Assembly (NCBI RefSeq): GCF_006345805.1
Contig: NC_042997.1
Span: 44,702,001 to 44,766,000, forward strand
DNA from: Octopus sinensis
Taxonomy: Eukaryota
Reading direction: 5' to 3'
DNA length: 64,000 nucleotides
Position numbers and translations under genes: made by a program. Shown here piece by piece: positions 12,651 through 24,389 of this stretch. Each line of letters opens with the position of its first letter. Position 1 is the first letter of the stretch. The notes under the pieces were generated by a model that saw only the letters and a program-made list of their open reading frames with translations, searched no databases and was not told the origin of the DNA.

Positions 12651-13215
12651 TGATATCTAATTCTGTCATTCTTTTTAATTCTTTGTTGAGTTTTTCTTTT
12701 ATAGAAAAAGGAACCGATCTTGGTGGATGAATTACAGGAGTTATTTGTGGATCCACTGTGATATGATGTGTTATTGACAAAGTGCCGATTTCTCCGAAAC
12801 AGTCTTCATATTTTTCTAATATGTCGTTTGTGTTCGACGAATTTATTTTTGAAATTCTCTGAATCAGGTTCAGATCTTTAGCTGTCTTTGCATCTATAAC
12901 TGCGTGCGAGTTTGTTTTTGCAACAATGAATTTTATTTGCTTTGATAATTCTTTGTATTTAATGACTGCTGTGCATTTTCCTAGCACTTTTATAGCTGTG
13001 TTATTATAAGCTGATAATCGAGTTGAAGTTTTTTGCAGTTGTGGTTTTGGAATTATATTTCTATATTCTCTGAATGGCAGTACGGTTACGTCTGCTCCTG
13101 TATCTATTTTGAATGTTACATTCGAGTTGTTCACTTTTAGTTCGACCGTCCAAATGTCTTTTGGAGTCTTGAACTTTTCGATTTTGTGCACGCGGGAATT
13201 ATTTGCAGTGATCAT
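12619..13215 (-). CDS. Gypsy aspartic protease and linker
   Basis: FKIDTGADVT active-site motif. Confidence 0.9.
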   Translation of the reverse strand: MITANNSRVHKIEKFKTPKDIWTVELKVNNSNVTFKIDTGADVTVLPFREYRNIIPKPQLQKTSTRLSAYNNTAIKVLGKCTAVIKYKELSKQIKFIVAKTNSHAVIDAKTAKDLNLIQRISKINSSNTNDILEKYEDCFGEIGTLSITHHITVDPQITPVIHPPRSVPFSIKEKLNKELKRMTELDIIKLLVNLQTG

Positions 13216-13242
13216 TTCGAGTGCATGTGTATCGTCATCTGA

Positions 13243-14123
13243 TTATCGTCGGTATGTATCTCTACTTATGTACAAATTTTCTTGATTTGCACATTTTTGC
13301 ATAGTGTCCTTGTTTCTTGCATTTTTCACATGTCTTGTGAAATGCTGGGCATTTATTTCTTTTGTGATTATAACCACAATAGTGACAGTTAGTGACGTAG
13401 TGTTGACTTGGCGCTTGAAACTTCGCGGGCTTTCTGTCACTTCCGCCTTGTTCGTTTTGATGTCTGGATTGCATATGGCGGGTTATTTGAGTTTTGGCGC
13501 CTTTTCTGTCGTGTTGACTATATACCCTCGAGATTTCGTTATCTCTTGTTTCGGATGTGGCATTTAGCATCCTTGATTGGAGTCGTGTTTGCTCTGCACT
13601 CTGACCTGCTTGAATTGTTTTTTGTAGGTCTAAATTTGGTTCTCTCAATAATCTTTCTCTTAATCTCATGTCTCTGATTCCACATATCAGAATCTTTGGT
13701 GAGACTGTCTGTGAGGTTGCCGAATTCGCACTGTTGTGCCTTTTGGCGCAACTCTACTAGGTACTCATCGAATTTGTGATGTTCCGCTTGTCCACATGTG
13801 AAGAATTTGTGTCTTAGGAAAGTTATGTTTTTCCTGGGTTCACAATATGCATCGAATTTTTCGATTACTGTCTGAAGGTTCATTTCTTCGTCGGGTGAAT
13901 CGAAATCCAGTGTGGAATGGATATCTCGGCCTTTAGAACCGATGCAAGTTAAAAACATTGAAGTTTTTACTTTGTCTGGCTTCATGTCACTTTCTGTTGC
14001 TATCAAAAAGAGATTGAATTCTTTTTTCCACTTTTTCCATGCTGCGGCTAGATTTTCCTGATTAAAGTCTAGGTCTTTTGGATGCGGTAAATTTTCCATT
14101 TCGTCTTTGAAGTATGATTTCAA
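13243..14123 (-). CDS. Gypsy Gag, broken by frameshifts
   Basis: WKKWKKEFNLFLIA..FLTCIG N-terminus typical of Mag-like Gag; paired zinc knuckles CHYCGYNHKRNKC and CEKCKKQGHYAKMC in ORF 13262-13669. Confidence 0.85.
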
Positions 14124-14166
14124 CTTCTTTTTTCCTTTGGTTTCTGTATTTTGGGTTCTTTTAGTA

Positions 14167-14177
14167 TTCTGACACCA
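14167..14177 (-). promoter_or_regulatory. Primer-binding site, tRNA-Leu-like
   Basis: TGGTGTCAGAA directly inside the 5' LTR is complementary to the 3' end (TTCTGACA-CCA) of eukaryotic tRNA-Leu(CAA). Confidence 0.75.
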
Positions 14178-14416
14178 TGTTGTTGTTATATATATATAAT
14201 GTATTGAGTATTAAAGGAAGTAGTGAGTACTTAGTATGAAAGATTAAGAAAATGAGAGAGACTGAAACAACGTGTTAACGATACAAGATACTTTATTCGA
14301 CTGTCGTTGTTGTACAAGTTAATTGTTTTTGGCGGGAAACAAAGTGAAAGTCCTTTTATCAAGGGAGACAATGGGCGACGTTGATTGTTCATGTTTGTTG
14401 TGATGATTATATAACA
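14178..14416 (-). repeat. 5' LTR (239 bp)
   Basis: TG..CA ends; ~98% identical to 9880-10117. Confidence 0.95.
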
Positions 14417-14835
14417 TATAGTACATTGAATGAGCGCAAGGGTGCTGTATCTGAATGAAATAATGATTTATGATATAGGCACAAAGCACAATTTGTTGGG
14501 TGGAGAAGGGAAAAATGCAGTGACGGCACTTCGTCTCTTAGTGAAAATTACAAAAAGACTAAACCCAGAAAAATATACATACATGCGTCATACATAAATA
14601 CATTCAAAAATGCACACATACAGGTATATGAAGAAGCATACATACATTTACACATACATATGTGCATGCATCCATCTACCCAGCCAACCATATATACATA
14701 TGTACACACCCATTGTCTTTCGGTTCATGACTTTCCTGATTGACTTCCTGTGTCAATGTCCACGAAGCATTAATTGTATATAGGTGCGCACACGCTCAAA
14801 AACAGATACGCGTACAAAGATACGTATTATACATG

Positions 14836-14977
14836 GTGTATATATATATGTGTATATATATATGTGTATGTATGTATGTATGTATGTATGTATGTATGTA
14901 TGTGTGTGTGTGTGTGTATGTATGTGTGTATGTATGTATGTATGTATGTATGTATATGTTTGTGTGTGTGTGTGTAA
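14836..14977. repeat. (TA)/(TATG)/(TG) compound microsatellite
   Basis: Direct inspection. Confidence 0.9.
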
Positions 14978-15211
14978 ATGCTTACATTTTTCTTGTAAAC
15001 ATTACAATGGGTGTGTCGCAGATTAACTTTCAATAGGAATAAACTTTCTACGTATGTGATATGGCTTAATTGAATGAAAAATCAATGACACTGAAAGAAA
15101 GACGTGTGTGTGGGTGCGTATACATACATACGTATATGTGTGTGTCTGTATGTGTGTTTTTATGTTTGTGTATATATGCATATAAATATGTATATACATA
15201 CGTATTTATGT

Positions 15212-15348
15212 ATAGCTTACCTACCAACCCGATGGTTCCGGGTTCAGTCCCACTGTGTGGCACCTTAGGCAAGTGTCTTCTACTATAGCCTCGGACCGAC
15301 CAAAGCCTTGTCAGTGGATATGGTAGACGGAAACTGAAAGAAGCTTGT

Positions 15349-15415
<67 letters not shown>

Positions 15416-15835
15416 GTATGTAGGTATGTATGTATGCATGTATGTATGTATGTATGTATATATATATATATATGTATGTATGTATGTATGTATATATATA
15501 TATATATATATACAACTGGTAGCGGAGAATTTTTTCTAGAATTATTTTGCTACCCTTATATTTATTAATATATATATATATACATGTATGTATGTATGTA
15601 TATATATATATCTGTGTGTGTGTTTGCGTGTCTGTGTTTGTCCCCGCCCCCAGCATTGCTTGATAATCGTTGTTGGTGTGTTTGTGTCTCCGTAACATAG
15701 CGGTTCGACAAAAGAAACCGATAGAATAATTACTAGGCTTACAAAGAATAAGTTCTGGAGTTGGTTTGCTCGACTAAAGGCGGTGCTCCAGCATGGCCGC
15801 AGTCAAAATGGCTGAAACAAGTAAACGAATAAAAG
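15212..15835 (+). mobile_element. SINE family A with expanded internal microsatellite
   Basis: 5' half at 15212-15345 and 3' half at 15611-15835, separated by ~260 bp of (TA)/(TATG) repeats. Confidence 0.8.
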
Positions 15836-15857
15836 AATATATGCATATATTTGTAAA

Positions 15858-16239
15858 TCTCTCTCTATATAAACGGCAGTTTGTCTGTGCGTGTTTCTGT
15901 GTGTCTGTTTTCTCGTACCCTCACCCTGACCACGGCTTTCAAACGATTCTGATGAAACTTGACACACACATAGCCCAATGTCATAATTCAAAACTAACGC
16001 AGCGAAAATTTTGAAAAGTTCCTCCAGTTCTGAAAAAAATCGATAAATTCGACATGGGGTCGAGAATCAGAAACACAAACCGCAAACTGTCTAGGGGACG
16101 CAACTCCACCTTCTTTAACTAAAAAAAAATTTACCATCATTTTTTTCCATTTTTTTGTTATTTTTTGGCTATAACTCTCTAAAAATGCTTTATAGTTATT
16201 TCCCTTACAAACATGAGCAACGCCGGGCGATACTGCTAG
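15858..16239 (+). mobile_element. Non-autonomous Helitron, second 5' type
   Basis: A^TC start, hairpin plus CTAG^T end shared with 3126-3512, but a different 5' 250 bp. Confidence 0.7.
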
Positions 16240-16308
16240 TATATTTATATATGTATGTATGCGCGAGTGTATATGAGTGTGATTGTGTGTGTATGTGTAT
16301 ATATACAT

Positions 16309-16381
<73 letters not shown>

Positions 16382-16470
16382 AATGATATTAGGGAATAAA
16401 TCCAAACTTACAGGGAAAAATTAGATTTAGGATTAGATCCAATTTTACAGTGGTTTTATCTCTAATTTAA

Positions 16471-16502
<32 letters not shown>

Positions 16503-16506
<4 letters not shown>

Positions 16507-17396
16507 AAACAAGTCAAGATAGAAAATGCTAAAATAATTTTATAAAGAACATTTCAGTACCGGTTTCGGTCATTTGAGACCTTTTCAGCTGTAACAATTA
16601 AATAATTGAATTTAGAAAAATTAAAAGAAATGTTTTTTTAAAAGAATATTTGTATAGTGTTCAAATATAAGTGGCATTCTCCTTGTTTCTGCCTTTCTCT
16701 GTCTCTCTTGTTTACTCTTGTGGGTTCAAGGTCCATGTGAATTGGTAGGGAAGAAGAAGAAGGAGGAGGAGGAGGAGGGGGGAGAAGGGAAGGAAGAATT
16801 TGGGATTGCCTTGATTGTCGTTGGTCAGTGGTGGCTAGAAGTTCCTGCTGTTCAATTCATGAAAATATTTCTATTGAAAGGTTTGTTTATAGAATTTGCT
16901 TAGGTGTTATACTAAAAAGCATTAGTGATAAAGTTAGGAAGAGGAGAAGAAAAAGAAGAAGAAGAAGAAAGAGAAGGGAGAATATGAATGTGTGGAAGTA
17001 GTGGGATGTTGGATGACTTAAAGTTGGCACGCTGTGGGTTATAGCTGTGATTGGGGCTGATTTTTAATGGATTCTTAGGAATGTAATATTTGCGTGTGTA
17101 TCTGTGTTATTCTAAAGCTGAGGTGGATATATCGTTTGTCGTAGATGCGTTCAGAAGGGGCCTGTATTTTGTAATAAAGAGAGTTTCTTTACTTGTTCGC
17201 TGGCTCGAGGTTGTATCGTCTCTGAATTGGTAGAGGGGGAAAATCCTGAAGCTTGGAGTTTTGTTGTTGGCGCAAGTATCTATGTGTTGGCTGAATGCTA
17301 TTTTTCTGTTTTAGGGAATTTTTATCTGGGATCTGTGCAGGGCCATTCTTTTACGTAAACTAATTTTTGTTTGGCCTATGTATTGCTCTTGACACC
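16503..17396 (-). mobile_element. Penelope-like element 3' remnant (GIY-YIG C-terminus and 3' region)
   Basis: CQEQYIGQTKISLRKRMALHRSQI then AFSQHIDTC..FRIFPLYQF..R..KETLFITKYRPLLN; bounded on both sides by (TA)n. Confidence 0.75.
16552..16594 (-). ncRNA. Type I minimal hammerhead-ribozyme-like motif (core variant)
   Basis: TTACAG-CTGAAAA-GGTC tcaaat GACC-GAAACCGGT-A-CTGAAA: stems I and II, palindromic stem III and a GUA cleavage triplet; the core has A at G8. Confidence 0.6.
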
Positions 17397-17397
17397 A

Positions 17398-17456
<59 letters not shown>

Positions 17457-17627
17457 GCACACATACACATATTTGTGGGTGGTGGGGAGGCATACACAAT
17501 GTCAATAGTGACATCCAATTTCATTTATGTCGGAAATTATTCTAATGATATTAAATGGCCTCACACTTGAGAAATTATAATTTTTATTTTTTATTACTTT
17601 TTAAAACAATTCTTTTGCTTTTACTTT

Positions 17628-17667
<40 letters not shown>

Positions 17668-17969
17668 GTCTTCAAAGGGCGTTCCACCAACTGCATGTGG
17701 GTGTGTATGAGTATACAAATGATATTTTAATAATCAACACCGACACTTCAGGGGAAGGTTTTTTTCCGATTGTTATACGTCTCAACAGCAAAGCACTAGT
17801 TTTCTGTTTACAATGACCGGCTTGTTGTCTCCAAGTCTAGATATAAAATAAGACTTTGTTTATATATTTCTCTCCCGCCAATTATCTTCATTGTGTTTTT
17901 CATAAAGTGATACATCAGCATTTCTAATTACAGAAGTCGTAAAATATAGAGTATTAAGAATGCTATATA

Positions 17970-18130
17970 ATGGTTTCAAATTTAGTCATAAGTCCAAGCA
18001 GATTTGACGGGCGAAACTTAGACGATATTATCGACTCCAGTGTTTGCCCTGGGACATCATTTTTCCGACTACGGAGGATTGAAAGTCAGTATTGAATTAA
18101 GCGGGATTTGAATTTAAAACGTAGGTTAAC
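17970..18130 (-). mobile_element. Degenerate SINE B variant
   Basis: Similarity to the B central domain and the alternative tail. Confidence 0.5.
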
Positions 18131-19500
18131 ATGCTGTTACGTATCGTAAAAAAGTGAAAGTAAATTGCCAGAAAGATCTGAAGTGACGACAGTGCAATTC
18201 CATTGTTCCATCATATTTATATAAAATGGAAGCGATGTATAGAACACACACATAGCTTTTTCACAGTCTTTGAACCTATTTCCTTACATTTGTTCATACA
18301 AATACAATGCTAATAAAGCATCACTCGTTCTGTGAGTTTCTCATTGGTGAATATCCACCGCCCTTCGATAATCTGTGTATGGATGTTCTCATCGTTGGAA
18401 CAACAAAATTTACAAAAGTGGTTCACAACTTCACATCTATATTTGTGCATTCTATCGGATTTCAAAACACGTTCCTGAAGCTTTTTACTAGTGTTTGTTG
18501 TTTGGTAATTTGCATGCATACATGTATGTATGTATGTATGTATGTATGTATGCATGTATGCATGTATGTATGTATGTATGCATGTATTAAGAGAAAAGGA
18601 GATAGTCAGGATTTGGGTAAAAATAATTTATTTAGCGCTTTCCTTTCTTTTGAGAGACTCATCATAAATGATGTATTTACAGAAAATCTATATCGTTTAT
18701 ATATACGTTATTCGAAAATATCTAGAGCGGAGAGTTTGGGGAAAAGGAAGTTTTGATAGTGGTTAAGATGTTCATTGTTAGTTTGAATCTATGTGTGTGT
18801 GTATATTATTGTGTATTATATGTGTGTGGTAAGTTTTTGGAGGCTTGGTTAGAAAGAGAAAAAGAAAAACAGGAAGAAAGAAAGGGGGTGGTTTTTTGGG
18901 ATTGAGAGGTCAAAAAGGTATAAAAAATATATTATTAAGCACATGAGAGATCCTTATTTAAAAAATTAGTCTTCCAGACAAACCATATTAGATTACCACT
19001 CGATATTATTATTATTAATGTTCTCATTACTGAAACTAAAATAATTGGAAAAATTAACTTCAGCAACCAACACACACGCACTCTTTCAAACACATATGTT
19101 TACACACACACACCTTCAAAATTTTTCCAAAACAATTTGATAGATTCTGTTTCCTGGGTAACATGACAACTAACCAAAAATGCCGTCAGTCGCATAATGA
19201 CTAAAAGAAATTTGACGTATCTCAGAAAAGTACCTTTTTTATTCATTCATATTGAAGACAATATTGCTTATGTAAACTCAATTACCATTGTGACGACTCG
19301 GTACTCACGTTAACGTTATCTATTAGTATTTCAGATTGGTTTCATATACTTTTGGATGGATTCATTCTTTCTAATGGTTAAGATACGTAACACCGACACC
19401 ACAGAACAGGAAATAGAGAGTGATCCAGTCAATGAGGAGAAAAAAAAACAACAAATGAACAGATAGAAGAGCAAACTTATTACACGAACACACACGATTT

Positions 19501-19547
<47 letters not shown>

Positions 19548-19700
19548 ATATATATATGTATATAGATCAATAAATGTTGGGGTTGTGTTGACCGCACGTG
19601 GAGAAATGATAAGCAAGGAAAAATTGTAAAAATGCAGAATGCTCGATTGAAAGAAAATTTTAATGAAATGAGAAAATGAAAAAATATATAAATATATATT

Positions 19701-19742
19701 TATTCAAACCGGTTTTCGTCATAGTTTGACTTATCAAGAATA
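19701..19742 (-). ncRNA. Degenerate hammerhead-ribozyme-like motif
   Basis: TATTC-TTGATAA-GTCA aacta TGAC-GAAAACCGGT-T-TGAATA; same architecture as 16552-16594 but with several core changes. Confidence 0.4.
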
Positions 19743-20342
19743 GTTAGGTGAAAAGGTTTTTTAAAAATGAGAAAGGGGAAAAAAGTTGCATTGTTTTTTG
19801 CAAAAGAATAATAATAAATATGTATAAAAATTAAAAAATAAGTACTCCGAAACATTGTTAGTTCGTTGTGTATCTTGAGTTTAATGATTGTTCACGAAAA
19901 AATTACCTTGAGGTATTAGGATCCAATGGGATTAAGGCCATGTGTTGTTTGGTTTAATTTAGGATGTTGGCAAAACAGGAAGTAGTAGTAATTGTGGTTC
20001 TTCAGTTCCTGTGTTAGGAAGTAGTAGTAATTGTGGTTCTTCAGTTCCTGTGTTGTGAATAAGGGGAGACAACTCTTTTGAGTTCTTCAATAAAGGTTGC
20101 TGATAAAACCCAAATTATAAAATTGTCATTTTAGCTTCATTTGCATTATCTTTTTTATATAATTGTTTGTTAATTTAACTTTCAGATTTTAACACTTTAT
20201 TTATATTATTTTCTAATTATATAAATTTGCATAGACAATTGCATTTCAGATTGTTATATCATAAATAATAAAGATGATGGTAATAACAACAATAGTAAAA
20301 ATGATATTTAAAGAATATAAGTTTTTGCTTGAAGTGATGAAT

Positions 20343-21185
20343 CTATGGTATCCTTATATATTTGTGTGAGTCCATCCATGAAGAATGAGGTAGAAAAGGG
20401 AAGTTTGGGCAACGAGGAGTTTGTATATTAAGTTGTGTTTGGAATTTTTCAATAAAGAGATACTCCTTGTTAATTCTCTCCTGTGTGGTGATGCCGTCTT
20501 TACATTGGTAGAAGGGGAATATATAGAATTTGGGGTTTAAGTCTTTAGCGCATGAGTCTATGTGGTCACTCAGTGGAATTTGTCGGTATTCCGGGAGATT
20601 TATTTGTTCTTTATGCACCGCTACTCGTTTACGTAACGGGAGACTCGTTTGTCCAACATAATTATGTTGGCAACCAGCGCATGTGAGAACGTAGATAAGA
20701 TTCTCGGAGGCACAGGAGAAGTTAGTCTTGATTTTAAACTTCGTACCTTGTTTGAAGGTAAATTCAGAACCTTCAAGTAGGAGGGGGCATGTCCCACAGT
20801 TTGGGCGTGCACATTTTTTTACTGCTGGGGGTGGATGTGGTGTGTGAAGTTTGGCATTTGTCAAGAGTTTTTTTAAAGATTTGTGTTGCCTTTTACATTT
20901 GAGGATTTTGTGTGTATTTATAATGTTTTTCATTTTTGGGTCTGTTGACAGTAGACTGAGGTTTTGTATGATTGTGGTGTATGCTTCAATATTTTTGGGG
21001 TTGTGGGTGGAAATGTATGGAAGTATTTTGAGGTTGTGTGTGGTGTTAGGTTGGGTAGTTTTCAGTGTAATGTTATCTAGTTCTTTGGCGCGTTTTATTC
21101 CATACTCTATAAGGGTGGAGGGATATTGGCGTTGTAATAGTGTTTTTTTGAGGTCTTGAAGGCGTATTTCTCGTGTTTTTGGATC
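20343..21185 (-). CDS. Penelope RT-thumb, linker and GIY-YIG endonuclease fragment
   Basis: KKCARPNCGTC, FSCASENLIYVLTCAGCQHNYVGQT..LRKRVAVH, R..KE..FI..FQTQLN motifs. The first ~16 codons of the listed ORF lie outside the homologous region. Confidence 0.85.
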   Translation of the reverse strand, partial: DPKTREIRLQDLKKTLLQRQYPSTLIEYGIKRAKELDNITLKTTQPNTTHNLKILPYISTHNPKNIEAYTTIIQNLSLLSTDPKMKNIINTHKILKCKRQHKSLKKLLTNAKLHTPHPPPAVKKCARPNCGTCPLLLEGSEFTFKQGTKFKIKTNFSCASENLIYVLTCAGCQHNYVGQTSLPLRKRVAVHKEQINLPEYRQIPLSDHIDSCAKDLNPKFYIFPFYQCKDGITTQERINKEYLFIEKFQTQLNIQTPRCPNFPFLPHSSWMDSHKYIRIP

Positions 21186-21591
21186 CACTACCACCACCAC
21201 CTCCCAGCAATCAGGTCTGAAGAGGCTCTTCAAAAAAAAAAAAAATCAAAGGTATTTTGACTTTTTAAAAAATGTAATGGATTCCCTTATGAAAAATAAC
21301 CAGAGTTTGCCACTTTAGAGACACTAAATAATTCAATTAAAAAACAGTTTATATTCAGTCTAAAAGCACTTACAATTCTCAACGGAATTGTAGCTACTTT
21401 TGGGAAAACAGAGAAAAGGGAAACAACTCCTGAGAATGTATGTATGTATGTATGTATGTATGTATGTATGTATGTATGTATGTATGTATGTATGCATGTA
21501 TGTATGTATGTATGTACAGTAAATTTAGGGTGAATACTTGATAAGTGTAAGCACCTGTGTATGCCAGATAGTGGCAGAGGTGAGAGAGAAT

Positions 21592-22069
21592 ATATCAAAT
21601 AAAATTAAAAACAGAACACCAAGGATATCGCGGTACATGTGTTTCAAGCTTTATAAACAATCCGTTATTACATCAGTGTATTATTGATTTCTTTCTATCT
21701 TATTTTCCTTCCTATCTTATACAAGAGAATTAAATAAGAACTCATTCCAATCTATTTAACATTCATTCTATGTTGACTGGGGATACAGTATGGGCAGATT
21801 TTCGAAATCAGTTAGGAAATTTTACAAATACACTTTTTCAAGGAGATATGATAAACCTATTATAAACCTATTATAAACCTATTATTACATGTACTTCTCA
21901 TATTTTTTATATTGTGATGTAATTTTTTGGACTAACAATGTTTGCGGCTGAAGAGAGCTTTAAACCATCTTTTATATCAATAATACACTGATGTAATAAC
22001 GGATTGTTTATAAAGCTTGAAACACGTGCACCGCGATATCCTTTGTGTTCTATTTTTTAATTTTATTTG

Positions 22070-22073
<4 letters not shown>
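21592..22073. mobile_element. MITE-like element with ~97-bp terminal inverted repeats
   Basis: 21592-21688 is the reverse complement of 21977-22073 with a few mismatches. Confidence 0.75.
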
Positions 22074-22100
<27 letters not shown>

Positions 22101-23114
22101 TGTGTGTGTGTATGTATGTATGTGTGAATGTATGCATGTATATGTGAGTGTATGTGTGTGCATGTGTAAGTATGAATGTATATAAAGATAAAGAGATTGA
22201 CAGAAAAATGTTATTGTCTCTAGGCCAAATTCCTTCTTTCAACGCGTGATTGAGCTTGACCTTAACTTGACCAATAGCAGTTAAAGGCGCGCGCTCACGC
22301 ACGCACACACACACGCACGCACACACACACATACACACACACACATTTCTACTTCTAAATTTATTTCAGCGAGGCATTGAAAACTGGTCTTATTTTATGA
22401 AGCAAGTAAGTAAAGAAAACTTTTGAATTTAGTTTTGATTATAGAATCCACATCTCTCAACAACTAAAAGCATTCTTTTTCGGCTTAAGAATTATTGCAT
22501 GTATATTCAAATGTTTTATCAAATCGAACCTTTTTTCTTTCTTATATTTTCATATATTTTTCGTCATCCTGTCAAACACTTGGAATTACTATATGGAAAT
22601 GGGGCAAAAGTGGTTACTGGGTCAAAATGAATAATTTCTGACTTCTTGTTATTTACTCTCATTTTGTACCATTGCATCATCTTTGAGAGTAAAATTTGGT
22701 CAGCATAGGTTACATAGTTGGGAATGGAAATTAGTCAGTATAGTTTGTACCGTTGTTGCTGAAACTTTCAAACATGGGTGACAGGTACTATTTTCAAGAA
22801 AAGTTTCCTTAAATTCGATCCGATTATAATTGAGGTAGCTAATAAAATATCTGGATAGTTTTTGGTGAAAAAGCTATAGTGAAGAAGCTATAAAGAATAT
22901 GTTACGTTGAGTTTTTAGAGTGCTTAAGGACTATGTGAAGAAAATTTTGTGTCAGGGATAAGTGAATAGATTATATCTTATTAAACTGAATCCAATTCAA
23001 TAAATTAAACGTTATTAGATGAGTCAAGGAGAGTCGTGCGTTAAAGTCGCTGAGAGAAGAGAGATTTGAGTGATTATATTAAAAAATGTAAGATTCTATT
23101 TTAATGTAAAGGTA

Positions 23115-23516
23115 GGCGCAGGAGTGGCTGTGTGGTAAGTAGCTTGCTTACCAACCACATGGTTCCGGGTTCAATCCCACTGCATGGCATCTTGGGCAAG
23201 TGTCTTCTGCTATAGCCCCGGGCCGACCAATGCCTTGTGAGTGGATTTGGTAGACGGAAACTGAAAGAAACCTGTCGTATATATTTATATATATATGTAT
23301 GTGTGTGTGTTTGTGTGTCCGTGTTTGTTCCCCTAGCATTGCTTGACAACCGATGCTGGTGTGTTTATGTCCCCGTCACTTAGCGGTTCGGCAAAAAAGA
23401 AACCGATAGAATAAGTACTGGGCTTACAAAAAGAATAAGTCCCGGAGTCGAGTTGCTCGACTAAAGGCGGTGCTCCAGCATAGCCGCAGTCAAATGACTG
23501 AAACAAGTAAAAGAGT
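23115..23516 (+). mobile_element. SINE family A (full length)
   Basis: As at 2148. Confidence 0.85.
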
Positions 23517-23635
23517 ATGAAGTAGATATATATGATTCTTAACACATTACATGTCTTGTGTACAGAAGCTATTTCCCTGATGTCCCTGCCGTCCATTCGT
23601 CAGATATGATACACATTCCCAATCTTTCTGGATCT

Positions 23636-24159
23636 CTTCACTTTCGCTCACAGATTTTTTAATTATCTTTTTTAGCTAAACAGTTTGAAACTTCGTATAC
23701 TGGTATAATTTCTCACGTTCAACAGGGTTTACTTTCAACATTTTTGACAAAATTTTGCATTTTAGACGTTATTTCGTGATTAAGCTGTATTTAGGTAATT
23801 TTAACCAATCAACGATGAGTAGTTAGCTGAAGAAAGCTTCTGCTGTTTACGATAGTAATCGAAGAGGAACAACTTCCGGGTCATCTCTGCTAAGTGTCAC
23901 CACCCTGTTCTATTTTATTTTTGTTTACTGCCTGTGTTGCATAATAAACACATTTTATTTGCTTTTCGATCGCCTCTTTGATTGGTTAAAATTATCCAAA
24001 TACGACAACTTTAACACGAAATAACTTCTACAATACGAAATTTTGTCAAAAACGTTGAAAGTAAATCGTGTTCAACGTGAGAAATTACACCAATATACGA
24101 AGTTTCAAACTGTTTAGTTTAAAATAAAAAAATTTTTTAATCTGTGAGCGAAACTGAAA
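23636..24159. mobile_element. Fold-back MITE with ~180-bp diverged arms
   Basis: TTTCGCTCACAGATT (23642) / AATCTGTGAGCGAAA (24139); arms share AAACTTCGTATA and AATTTTAACCAATC motifs. Confidence 0.7.
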
Positions 24160-24389
24160 AATTCATCTTTTTCTTCAACCAATAGAGTAACTGGGGACTG
24201 ACGAAAGGAAAGTTTTATGTTACTTGCAGCGTAACAAAGTCTAACTAAAAGTTTAGGACAAACTTATGAAAATGCTTTGACAGATAAAGGGTTAATCTTG
24301 AGTGTTAAAGTAATGTCTGAAATTAATTAAATGAACGGGTATGAAAGGTATTTGAATTGTTTCTAACATAAGCTCAAGGAGAGCAATTT

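Larger units (their letters stand above)
9880..14416 (-). mobile_element. Full-length Ty3/Gypsy LTR retrotransposon, Mag-like
   Basis: TG..CA LTRs at 9880-10117 and 14178-14416; TSD TATAG (9875-9879, 14417-14421); PBS and PPT present; domain order gag-PR-RT-RH-IN. Confidence 0.95.
19563..21185 (-). mobile_element. 5'-truncated Penelope-like element
   Basis: Contains a GIY-YIG endonuclease ORF, a 39-bp tandem duplication at 19978-20055 and a degenerate hammerhead at 19701-19742; abuts (TA)n at 19503-19562. Confidence 0.75.

Noticed and set aside
14740-16424. ORFs rich in YI, CV, HT or MY repeats (also near 22063, 45567, 49120 and 61501)
   Set aside because: They are translations of (TA), (TG) and (TATG) microsatellites.
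18307-18756. 149-aa ORF and the antisense 81-aa ORF
   Set aside because: They run through a (TATG)n tract and contain no recognisable motif.
21219-21960. CTGAAGAG motifs at ~21219 and ~21946 as hammerhead cores
   Set aside because: Neither has a following stem II and GAAA, nor a cleavage triplet.
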